Positions 1 through 12,400 of a stretch of DNA of 64,000 bases are shown here, in pieces. The stretch spans positions 46,996,001 through 47,060,000 of the forward strand of contig OZ024744.1 in NCBI GenBank assembly GCA_964016885.1, written 5' to 3'. Position 1 is the stretch's first letter. Each line of letters starts with the position of its first letter. A program made the position numbers and the translations under genes. The notes below the pieces were generated by a model that had not been told where the DNA came from, did no database searches, and was given only the letters and a program-made list of their open reading frames with translations. The DNA is from Eledone cirrhosa. Taxonomy: Eukaryota.

Positions 1-1089
1 TTTCACATATCCACCATACAGTGTGGGCTGTGTGCTTTTTGCAGTGTCTTTCACACGTCCACTTTACAGTGTGGGCTGGGTGATTTTTGCTGTGTCTTTC
101 ACATATCCACTTTACAGTGTGGGCTGAGTGCTTTTTGCTGTGTCTTTCACACGTCCACTTTACAGTGTGGGCTGGGTGCTTTTTGCTGTGTCTTTCACAC
201 GTCCACTTTACAGTGTGGGCTGGGTGCTTTTTGCTGTGTTTTTCACATATCCACTTTACAGTGTGGGCTGGGTGCTTTTTGCAGTGTCTTTCACACGTCC
301 ACTTTACAGTGTGGGCTGGGTGCTTTTTGCTGTGTCTTTCACATGTCCACTTTACAATGTGGGCTGGGTGCTTTTTGCAGTCTCTTTCACATATCCACTA
401 TACAGTGTGGGCTGTGTGCTTTTTGCAGTGTCTTTCACACGTCCACTTTACAGTGTGGGCTGGGTGCTTTTTGCTGTGTCTTTCACATGTCCACTTTACA
501 GTGTGGGCTGGGTGCTTTTTACTGTGTCTTTCACATGTCCACTTTACAGTGTGGGCTGGGTGCTTTTTGCTGTGTCTTTCACATGTCCACTTTACAGTGT
601 GGGCTGGGTGCTTTTTGCTGTGTCTTTCACATGTCCACTTTACAGTGTGGGCTGGGTGCTTTTTTGCAGTGTCTTTCATACGTCCACTTTACAGTGTGGG
701 CTGGGTGCTTTTTGCTGTGTCTTTCACACGTCCACTTTACAGTGTGGGCTGGGTGCTTCTTGCTGTGTCTTTCACATGTCCACTTTACAGTGTGGGCTGG
801 GTGCTTTTTGCTGTGTCTTTCACATGTCCACTTTACAGTGTGGGCTGGGTGCTTTTAGTTGTGTCTTTCACATGTCCGCTTCACAGTGTGGGCTGGGTGC
901 TTTTTGCTGTGTCTTTCACATGTCCACTTTACAGTGTGGGCTGGGTGCTTTTTGCTGTGTCTTTCACATGTCCACTTTACAGTGTGGGCTGGGTGCTTTT
1001 TGCTGTGTCTTTCACATGTCCAATTTACAGTGTGGGCTGGGTGCTTGTTGCTGTGTCTATCTCACGTCCACTTTACAATGTGGGCTGGG

Positions 1090-4000
1090 TGCTTTTTGCT
1101 GTGTCTTTCACATGTCCACTTTACAGTGTGGGCTGGGTGCTTTTTTCAGTGTCTTTCACACGTCCACTTTACAGTGTGGGCTGGGTGCTTTTTGCTGTGT
1201 CTTTCACATGTCCACTTTACATTGTGGGCTGGGTGCTTTTTGCTGTGTCTTTCACATGTCCACTTCACAGTGTGGGCTGGGTGCTTTTTGCTGTGTCTTT
1301 CACATGTCCACTTTACAATGTGGGCTGGGTGCTTTTTGCTGTGTCTTTCACATGTCCACTTTACAATGTTGGCTGGGTGCTTTTTGCTGTGTCTTTCACA
1401 TGTCCACTTTACAGTGTGGGCTGGGCGCTTTTTGCAGTGTCTTTCACATGTCCATTTACAGTGTGGGCTGGGTGCTTTTTGCTGTGTCTTTCACATGTCC
1501 ACTTTACAGTGTGGGCTGGGTGCTTTTTGCTGTGTCTTTCACATGTCCACTTTACAATGTGCGCCGGGTGCTTTTTGCTGTGTCTTTCACATGTCCACTT
1601 TACAGTGTTGGCTGGGTGCTTGTTGCTGTGTCTTTCACACGTCCACTTTACAGTGTGGGATGGGTGCTTGTTGCTGTGTCTTTCTCACGTCCACTTTACA
1701 GTGTGGGCTGGGTGCTTTTTGCTGTGTCTTTCACATGTCCACTTTACAGTGTGGGCTGGATGCTTTTTTCAGTGTCTTTCACACGTCCACTTTACAGTGT
1801 GGGCTGTGTGCTTTTTGCTGTGTCTTTCACATGTCCACTTTACAGTGTGGGCTGGGTGCTTTTTGCTGTGTCTTTCACATGTCCACTTCACAATGTGGGC
1901 TGAGTGCTTTTTGCTGTGTCTTTCACATGTCCACTTTACAATGTGGGCTGGGTGCTTTTTGCTGTGTCATTCACATGTCCACTTACAGTGTGGGCTGGGC
2001 GCTTTTTGCAGTGTCTTTCACACGTCAACTTTACAGTGTGGGCTGGGTGCTTTTTACTGTGTCTTTCACATGTCCACTTTACAGTGTGGGCTGGGTGCTT
2101 TTTGCTGTGTCTTTCACATGTCCACTTTACAGTGTGGGCTGGGTGCTTTTTGCTGTGTCTTTCACATGTCCACTTTACAGTGTGGGCTGGGTGCTTTTTG
2201 CAGTGTCTTTCATACGTCCACTTTACAGTGTGGGCTGGGTGCTTTTTGCTGTGTCTTTCACACGTCCACTTTACAGTGTGGGCTGGCTGCTTCTTGCTGT
2301 GTCTTTCACATGTCCACTTTACAGTGTGGGCTGGGTGCTTTTTGCTGTGTCTTTCACATGTCCACTTTACAGTGTGGGCTGGGTGCTTTTAGCTGTGTCT
2401 TTCACATGTCCGCTTCACAGTGTGGGCTGGGTGCTTTTTGCTGTGTCTTTCACATGTCCACTTTACAATGTGGGCTGGGTGCTTTTTGCTGTGTCTTTCA
2501 CATGTCCACTTTACAGTGTGGGCTGGGTGCTTTTTGCTGTGTCTTTCACATGTCCACTTTACAGTGTGGGCTGGGTGCTTGTTGCTGTGTCTATCTCACG
2601 TCCACTTTACAATGTGGGCTGGGTGCTTTTTGCTGTGTCTTTCACATGTCCACTTTACAGTGTGGGCTGGGTGCTTTTTTCAGTGTCTTTCACACGTCCA
2701 CTTTACAGTGTGGGCTGGCTGCTTTTTGCTGTGTCTTTCACATGTCCACTTTACAGTGTGGGCTGGGTGCTTTTTGCTGTGTCTTTCACATGTCCACTTC
2801 ACAGTGTGGGCTGGGTGCTTTTTGCTGTGTCTTTCACATGTCAACTTCACAATGTGGGCTGGGTGCTTTTTGCTGTGTCTTTCACATGTCCACTTTACAA
2901 TGTTGGCTGGGTGCTTCTTGCTGTGTCTTTCACATGTCCACTTTACAGTGTGGGCTGGGCGCTTTTTGCAGTGTCTTTCACATGTCCATTTACAGTGTGG
3001 GCTGGGTGCTTTTTGCTGTGTCTTTCACATGTCCACTTTACAGTGTGGGCTGGGTGCTTTTTGCTGTGTCTTTCACATGTCCACTTTACAATGTGCGCCG
3101 GGTGCTTTTTGCTGTGTCTTTCACATGTCCACTTTACAGTGTTGGCTGGGTGCTTGTTGCTGTGTCTTTCTCACGTCCACTTTACAGTGTGGGCTGGGTG
3201 CTTTTTGCTTTGTCTTTCACACGTCAACTTTACAGTGTGGGCTGTGTGCTTTTTGCAGTGTCTTTCACACGTCAATTTTACAGTGTGGGCTGGGTGCTTT
3301 TTGCTGTGTCTTTCACACGTTTACTTTACAGTGTGGGCCGGGTGTTTTTGCTGTGTCTTTCACATATCCACTTTACAGTGTGGGCTGTGTGATTTTTGCA
3401 GTGTCTTTCACACGTCCACTTTACAGTGTGGGCTGGGTGATTTTTGCTGTGTCTTTCACATATCCACTTTACAGTGTGGGCTGGGTGCTTTTTGCTGTGT
3501 CTTTCAAACGTCCACTTTACAGTGTGGGCTGGGTGCTTTTTGCTGTGTCTTTCACATGTCCACTTTACAGTGTGGGCTGGGTGCTTTTTGCTGTGTCTTT
3601 CACATGTCCACTTTACAGTGTGGGCTGGGTGCTTGTTGCTGTGTCTTTCTCACGTCCACTTTACAGTGTGGGCTGGGTGCTTTTTGCTGTGTCTTTCACA
3701 AGTCCACTTTACAGTGTGGGCTGGGTGCTTTTTGCTGTGTCTTTCACATGTCCACTTTACAGTGTGGGCTGGGTGCTTTTTGCTGTGTCTTTCACATGTC
3801 CACTTTACAATGTGGGCTGAGTGCTTTTTGCTGTGTCTTTCACATGTCCACTTTACAGTGTGGGCTGGGTGCTTTTTGCTGTGTCTTTCACATGTCCACT
3901 TTACAGTGTGGGCTGGGTGCTTTTTGCTGTGTCTTTCACATGTCCACTTTACAGTGTGGGCTGGGTGCTTTTTTCAGTGTCTTTCACACGTCCACTTTAC

Positions 4001-7000
4001 AGTGTGGGCTGGGTGCTTTTTGCTGTGTCTTTCACATGTCCACTTTACATTGTGGGCTGGGTGCTTTTTGCTGTGTCTTTCACATGTCCACTTCACAGTG
4101 TGGGCTGGGTGCTTTTTGCTGTGTCTTTCACATGTCCACTTTACAATGTGGGCTGGGTGCTTTTTGCTGTGTCTTTCACATGTCCACTTTACAATGTTGG
4201 CTGGGTGCTTTTTGCTGTGTCTTTCACATGTCCACTTTACAGTGTGGGCTGGGCGCTTTTTGCAGTGTCTTTCACATGTCCATTTACAGTGTGGGCTGGG
4301 TGCTTTTTGCTGTGTCTTTCACATGTCCACTTTACAGTGTGGGCTGGGTGCTTTTTGCTGTGTCTTTCACATGTCCACTTTACAATGTGCGCCGGGTGCT
4401 TTTTGCTGTGTCTTTCACATGTCCACTTTACAGTGTTGGCTGGGTGCTTGTTGCTGTGTCTTTCACACGTCCACTTTACAGTGTGGGCTGGGTGCTTTTT
4501 GCTGTGTCTTTCACATGTCCACTTTACAATGTGGGCTGAGTGCTTTTTGCTGTGTCTTTCACATGTCCACTTTACAGTGTGGGCTGGGTGCTTTTTGCTG
4601 TGTCTTTCACATGTCCACTTTACAGTGTGGGCTGGGTGCTTGTTGCTGTGTCTTTCTCACGTCCACTTTACAGTGTGGGCTGGGTGCTTTTTGCTGTGTC
4701 TTTCACAAGTCCACTTTACAGTGTGGGCTGGGTGCTTTTTGCTGTGTCTTTCACATGTCCACTTTACAGTGTGGGCTGGGTTCTTTTTGCTGTGTCTTTC
4801 ACATGTCCACTTTACAATGTGGGCTGAGTGCTTTTTGCTGTGTCTTTCACATGTCCACTTTACAGTGTGGGCTGGGTGCTTTTTGCTGTGTCTTTCACAT
4901 GTCCACTTTACAGTGTGGGCTGGGTGCTTTTTGCTGTGTCTTTCACATGTCCACTTTACAGTGTGGGCTGGGTGCTTTTTTCAGTGTCTTTCACACGTCC
5001 ACTTTACAGTGTGGGCTGGGTGCTTTTTGCTGTGTCTTTCACATGTCCACTTTACATTGTGGGCTGGGTGCTTTTTGCTGTGTCTTTCACATGTCCACTT
5101 CACAGTGTGGGCTGGGTGCTTTTTGCTGTGTCTTTCACATGTCCACTTTACAATGTGGGCTGGGTGCTTTTTGCTGTGTCTTTCACATGTCCACTTTACA
5201 ATGTTGGCTGGGTGCTTTTTGCTGTGTCTTTCACATGTCCACTTTACAGTGTGGGCTGGGCGCTTTTTGCAGTGTCTTTCACATGTCCATTTACAGTGTG
5301 GGCTGGGTGCTTTTTGCTGTGTCTTTCACATGTCCACTTTACAGTGTGGGCTGGGTGCTTTTTGCTGTGTCTTTCACATGTCCACTTTACAATGTGCGCC
5401 GGGTGCTTTTTGCTGTGTCTTTCACATGTCCACTTTACAGTGTTGGCTGGGTGCTTGTTGCTGTGTCTTTCACACGTCCACTTTACAGTGTGGGATGGGT
5501 GCTTGTTGCTGTGTCTTTCTCACGTCCACTTTACAGTGTGGGCTGGGTGCTTTTTGCTGTGTCTTTCACATGTCCACTTTACAGTGTGGGCTGGATGCTT
5601 TTTTCAGTCTCTTTCACACGTCCACTTTACAGTGTGGGCTGGGTGCTTTTTGCTGTGTCTTTCACATGTCCACTTTACAGTGTGGGCTGGGTGCTTTTTG
5701 CTGTGTCTTTCACATGTCCACTTTACAATGTGGGCTGAGTGCTTTTTGCTGTGTCTTTCACATGTCCACTTTACAATGTGGGCTGGGTGCTTTTTGCTGT
5801 GTCATTCACATGTCCACTTACAGTGTGGGCTGGGCGCTTTTTGCAGTGTCTTTCACACGTCAACTTTACAGTGTGGGCTGGGTGCTTTTTACTGTGTCTT
5901 TCACATGTCCACTTTACAGTGTGGGCTGGGTGCTTTTTGCTCTGTCTTTCACATGTCCACTTTACAGTGTGGGCTGGGTGCTTTTTGCTGTGTCTTTCAC
6001 ATGTCCACTTTACAGTGTGGGCTGGGTGCTTTTTGCAGTGTCTTTCATACGTCCACTTTACAGTGTGGGCTGGGTGCTTTTTGCTGTGTCTTTCACACGT
6101 CCACTTTACAGTGTGGGCTGGGTGCTTCTTGCTGTGTCTTTCACATGTCCACTTTACAGTGTGGGCTGGGTGCTTTTTGCTGTGGCTTTCACATGTCCAC
6201 TTTACAGTGTGGGCTGGGTGCTTTTAGCTGTGTCTTTCACATGTCCGCTTCACAGTGTGGGCTGGGTGCTTTTTGCTGTGTCTTTCACATGTCCACTTTA
6301 CAGTGTGGGCTGGGTGCTTTTTGCTGTGTCTTTCACATGTCCACTTTACAGTGTGGGCTGGGTGCTTTTTGCTGTGTCTTTCACATGTCCACTTTACAGT
6401 GTGGGCTGGGTGCTTGTTGCTGTGTCTATCTCACGTCCACTTTACAATGTGGGCTGGGTGCTTTTTGCTGTGTCTTTCACATGTCCACTTTACAGTGTGG
6501 GCTGGGTGCTTTTTTCAGTGTCTTTCACACGTCCACTTTACAGTGTGGGCTGGGTGCTTTTTGCTGTGTCTTTCACATGTCCACTTTACAGTGTGGGCTG
6601 GGTGCTTTTTGCTGTGTCTTTCACATGTCCACTTCACAGTGTGGGCTGGGTGCTTTTTGCTGTGTCTTTCACATGTCAACTTCACAATGTGGGCTGGGTG
6701 CTTTTTGCTGTGTCTTTCACATGTCCACTTTACAATGTTGGCTGGGTGCTTTTTGCTGTGTCTTTCACATGTCCACTTTACAGTGTGGGCTGGGCGCTTT
6801 TTGCAGTGTCTTTCACATGTCCATTTACAGTGTGGGCTGGGTGCTTTTTGCTGTGTCTTTCACATGTCCACTTTACAGTGTGGGCTGGGTGCTTTTTGCT
6901 GTGTCTTTCACATGTCCACTTTACAATGTGCGCCGGGTGCTTTTTGCTGTGTCTTTCACATGTCCACTTTACAGTGTTGGCTGGGTGATTGTTGCTGTGT

Positions 7001-7655
7001 CTTTCTCACGTCCACTTTACAGTGTGGGCTGGGTGCTTTTTGCTTTGTCTTTCACACGTCAACTTTACAGTGTGGGCTGTGTGCTTTTTGCAGTGTCTTT
7101 CACACGTCAATTTTACAGTGTGGGCTGGGTGCTTTTTGCTGTGTCTTTCACACGTTTACTTTACAGTGTGGGCCGGGTGTTTTTGCTGTGTCTTTCACAT
7201 ATCCACTTTACAGTGTGGGCTGTGTGCTTTTTGCAGTGTCTTTCACACGTCCACTTTACAGTGTGGGCTGGGTGATTTTTGCTGTGTCTTTCACATATCC
7301 ACTTTACAGTGTGGGCTGGGTGCTTTTTGCTGTGTCTTTCAAACGTCCACTTTACAGTGTGGGCTGGGTGCTTTTTGCTGTGTCTTTCACATGTCCACTT
7401 TACAGTGTGGGCTGGGTGCTTTTTGCTGTGTCTTTCACATGTCCACTTTACAGTGTGGGCTGGGTGCTTGTTGCTGTGTCTTTCTCACGTCCACTTTACA
7501 GTGTGGGCTGGGTGCTTTTTGCTGTGTCTTTCACACGTCCACTTTACAGTGTGGGCTGGGTGCTTTTTGCTGTGTCTTTCACATGTCCACTTTACAGTGT
7601 GGGCTGGGTGCTTTTTGCTGTGTCTTTCACATGTCCACTTTACAATGTGGGCTGA
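1090..7655. repeat. Higher-order duplication with 3,835-bp offset (80 monomers minus 5 bp), about 1,090-3,820 versus 4,925-7,655
   Basis: Rare variants recur 3,835 bp apart: GCGCCGG at 1561/5396 and 3095/6930, and the TACATTG variant at ~1221/5056. ORF pairs 1904/5739, 2420-3820/6255-7655 and 3444/7279 share the same offset. Boundaries are approximate. Confidence 0.85.
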
Positions 7656-9479
7656 GTGCTTTTTGCTGTGTCTTTCACATGTCCACTTTACAATGTGGGC
7701 TGGGTGCTTTTTGCTGTGTCATTCACATGTCCACTTACTGTGTGGGCTGGGCGCTTTTTGCAGTGTCTTTCACACGTCAACTTTACAGTGTGGGCTGGGT
7801 GCTTTTTACTGTGTCTTTCACATGTCCACTTTACAGTGTGGGCTGGGTGCTTTTTGCTGTGTCTTTCACATGTCCACTTTACAGTGTGGGCTGGGTGCTT
7901 TTTGCTGTGTCTTTCACATGTCCACTTTACAGTGTGGGCTGGGTGCTTTTTGCAGTGTCTTTCATACGTCTACTTTACAGTGTGGGCTGGGTGCTTTTTG
8001 CTGTGTCTTTCACACGTCCACTTTACAGTGTGGGCTGGGTGCTTCTTGCTGTGTCTTTCACATGTCCACTTTACAGTGTGGGCTGGGTGCTTTTTGCTGT
8101 GTCTTTCACATGTCCACTTTACAGTGTGGGCTGGGTGCTTTTAGCTGTGTCTTTCACTTGTCCGCTTCACAGTGTTGGCTGGGTGCTTTTTGCTGTGTCT
8201 TTCACATGTCCATTTTACAGTGTGGGCTGGGTGCTTTTTGCTGTGTCTTTCACATGTCCACTTTACAGTGTGGGCTGGGTGCTTTTTGCTGTGTCTTTCA
8301 CATGTCCACTTTACAGTGTGGGCTGGGTGCTTGTTGCTGTGTCTATCTCACGTCCACTTTACAATGTGGGCTGGGTGCTTTTTGCTGTGTCTTTCACATG
8401 TCCACTTTACAGTGTGGGCTGGGTGCTTTTTTCAGTGTCTTTCACACGTCCACTTTACAGTGTGGGCTGGGTGCCTTTTGCTGTGTCTTTCACATGTCCA
8501 CTTTACAGTGTGGGCTGGGTGCTTTTTGCTGTGTCTTTCACATGTCCACTTCACAGTGTGGGCTGGGTGCTTTTTGCTGTGTCTTTAACATGTCCACTTT
8601 ACAATGTTGGCTGGGTGCTTTTTGCTGTGTCTTTCACATGTACACTTTACAGTGTGGGCTGGGCGCTTTTTGCAGTGTCTTTCATACGTCAACTTTACAG
8701 TGTGGGCTGGGTGCTTTTTACTGTGTCTTTCACATGTCCATTTACAGTGTGGGCTGGGTGCTTTTTGCTGTGTCTTTCACATGTCCACTTTACAATGTGC
8801 GCCGGGTGCTTTTTGCTGTGTCTTTCACATGTCCATTTTACAGTGTTGGCTGGGTGCTTGTTGCTGTGTCTTTCTCACGTCCACTTTACAGTGTGGGCTG
8901 GGTGCTTTTTGCTTTGTCTTTCACACGTCAACTTTACAGTGTGGGCTGTGTGCTTTTTGCAGTGTCTTTCACACGTCCACTTTACAGTGTGGGCTGGGTG
9001 ATTTTTGCTGTGTCTTTCACATATCCACTTTACAGTGTGGGCTGGGTGCTTTTTGCTGTGTCTTTCACACGTCCACTTTACAGTGTGGGCTGGGTGCTTT
9101 TTGCTGTGTCTTTCAAACGTCCACTTTACAGTGTGGGCTGGGTGCTTTTTGCTGTGTCTGTCACACGTCCACTTTACAGTGTGGGCTGGGTGCTTGTTGC
9201 TGTGTTTTTCACATGTCCACTTTACAATGTGGGCTGGGTGCTTTTTGCTGTGTCTTTCACATGTCCACTTTACAGTGTGGGCTGGGTGCTTCTTGCAGTG
9301 TCTTTCACACGTCCACTCTACAGTGTGGGCTGGGTGCTTTTTGCTGTGTCTTTCACATGTCCACATTACAATGTGGGCTGGGTGCTTTTTGCTGTGTCTT
9401 TCACATGTCCACTTTACAATGTGGGCTGGGTGCTTTTTTCTGTGTCTTTCACACGTCCACTTTACAGTGTGGGCTGGGT

Positions 9480-12400
9480 GCTTTTTGCTGTGTCTTTCAC
9501 ATGTTCACTTTACAGTGTGGGCTGGGTGCTTTTTACTGTGTCTTTCACATGTCCACTTTACAGTGTGGGCTGGGTGCTTTTTGCTGTGTCTTTCACATGT
9601 CCACTTTACAGTGTGGGCTGGGTGCTTTTTGCTGTGTCTTTCACATGTCCAATTTACAGTGTAGGCTGGGTGCTTTTTGCAGTGTCTTTCACACGTCCAC
9701 TTTACAGTGTGGGCTGGGTGCTTTTTGCTGTGTCTTTCACACGTCAACTTTACAGTGTGGGCTGGGTGCTTTTTGCTGTGTCTTTCACATATCCACTTTA
9801 CAGTGTGGGCTGTGTGCTTTTTGCAGTGTCTTTCACACGTCCACTTTACAGTGTGGGCTGGGTGATTTTTGCTGTGTCTTTCACATGTCCACTTTAAAGT
9901 GTGGGCTCGGTGCTTTTTGCAGTGTCTTTCACACGTCCACTTTACAGTGTGGGCTGGGTGCTTTTTGCTGTGTCTTTCACATGTCCACTTTACAGTGTGG
10001 GCAGGGTGCTTTTGCTGTGTCTTTCAGATATCCATTTTACAGTGTGGGCTGGGTGCTTTTTGCTGAGTCTTTCACACGTCCACTTTACAGTGTGGGCTGG
10101 GTGCTCTTTGCTGTGTCTTTCACACGTCCACTTTACAGTGTGGGCTGGGTGCTTTTGCTGTGTCTTTCACATGTCCACTTTACAATGTGGGCTGGGTGCT
10201 TTTTGCTGTGTCTTTCAGATGTCCACTTTACAATGTGAGCTGGGTGCTTTTTGCTGTGTCTTTCACATGTCCACTTTACAGTGTGGGCTGGGTGCTTGTT
10301 GCTGTGTCTTTCTCACGTCCACTTTACAGTGTGGGCTGGGTACTTTTTGCTGTGTCTTTCACATGTCCACTTTACAGTGTGGGCTGGGTGCTTTTTTCAG
10401 TGTCTTTCACACGTCCACTTTACAGTGTGGGCTGGGTGCTTGTTGCTGTGTCTTTCTCACGTCCACTTTACAGTGTGGGCTGGGTGCTTTTTGCTGTGTC
10501 TTTCACATGTCCACTTTACAGTGTGGACTGGGTGCTTTTTGCAGTGTCTTTCACACGTCCACTTTACAGTGTGGGCTGGGTGCTTTTTGCTGTGTCTTTC
10601 ACATGTCCACTTTACAGTGTGGGCTGGGTGCTTTTTGCTGTGTCTTTCACATGTCCAATTTACAGTGTAGGCTGGGTGCTTTTTGCAGTGTCTTTCACAC
10701 GTCCACTTTACAGTGTGGGCTGGGTGCTTTTTGCTGTGTCTTTCACACGTCCACTTTACAGTGTAGGCTGGGTGCTTTTTGCTGTGTCTTTCACATGTCC
10801 ACTTTACAGTGTGGGCTGGGTGCTTTTTGCTGTGTCTTTCACATGTCCACTTCACAGTGTGGGCTGGGTGCTTTTTGCTGTGTCTTTCACATGTCCACTT
10901 TACAGTGTGGGCTGGGTGCTTTTGCTGTGTCTTTCACATGTCCACTTTACAGTGTGGGCTGGGTGCTTTTTGCTGTGTCTTTCACATGTCCACTTTACAA
11001 TGTGAGCTGGGTGCATTTTGCTGTGTCTTTCACATGTCCACATTACAGTGTGGGCTGGGTGATTGTTGCTGTGTCTTTCTCACGTCCACTTTACAGTGTG
11101 GGCTGGGTGCTTTTTGCTGTGTCTTTCACATGTCCACTTTACAGTGTGGGCTGGGTGCTTTTTTCAGTGTCTTTCACACGTCCACTTTACAGTGTGGGCT
11201 GGGTGCTTTTTGCTGTGTCTTTCACATGTCCACTTTACAGTGTGGGCTGGGTGATTTTTGCTGTGTCTTTCACATGTCCACTTTACAGTGTGGGCTGGGT
11301 GCTTTTTGCAGTGTCTTTCACACGTCCAGTTTACAGTGTGGGCTGGGTGCTTTTTGCTGTGTCTTTCACACGTCCACTTTACAGTGTAGGCTGGGTGCTT
11401 TTTGCTGTGTCTTTCACATGTCCACTTTACAGTGTGGGCTGGGTGCTTTTTGCTGTGTCTTTCACATGTCCACTTCACAGTGTGGGCTGGCTGCTTTTTG
11501 CTGTGTCTTTCACATGTCCACTTTACAGTGTGGGCTGGGTGCTTTTGCTGTGTCTTTCACATGTCCACTTTACAGTGTGGGCTGGGTGCTTTTTGCTGTG
11601 TCTTTCACATGTCCACTTTACAATGTGAGCTGGGTGCATTTTGCTGTGTCTTTCGCATGTCCACTTTACAGTGTGGGCTGGGTTCATGTTGCTGTGTCTT
11701 TCTCACGTCCACTTTACAGTGTGGGCTGGGTGCTTTTTGCTGTGTCTTTCACATGTCCACTTTACAGTGTGGGCTGGGTGCTTTTTGCAGTGTCTTTCAC
11801 ACGTCCACTTTACAGTGTGGGCTGGGTGCTTTTTGCTGTGTCTTTCACACGTCCACTTTATAGTGTGGGCTGGGTGCTTTTTGCTGTGTCTTTCACATGT
11901 CCACTTTACAGTGTGGGCTGGGTGCTTTTTGCTGTGTCTTTCACATGTCCACTTTACAATGTGCGCCGGGTGCTTTTTGCTGTGACTTTCACATGTCCAC
12001 TTTACAGTGTGGGCTGGGTGCTTGTTGCTGTGTCTTTCTCACGTCCACTTTACAGTGTGGGCTGGGTGCTTTTTGCTGTGTCTTTCACATGTCCACTTTA
12101 CAGTGTTGGCTGGGTGCTTTTTTCAGTGTCTTTCACACGTCTACTTTACAGTGTGGGCTGGGTGCTTGTTGCTGTGTCTTTCTCACGTCCACTTTACAGT
12201 GTGGGCTGGGTGCTTTTTGATGTGTCTTTCTCACGTCCACTTTACAGTGTGGGCTGGGTGCTTTTTGCTTTGTCTTTCACACGTCAACTTTACAGTGTGG
12301 GCTGGGTCTTTTTGCTGTGTCTTTCACATGTCCACTTTACAGTGTGGGCTGTGTGCTTTTTGCAGTGTCTTTCACACGTCAACTTTACAGTGTGGGCTGG

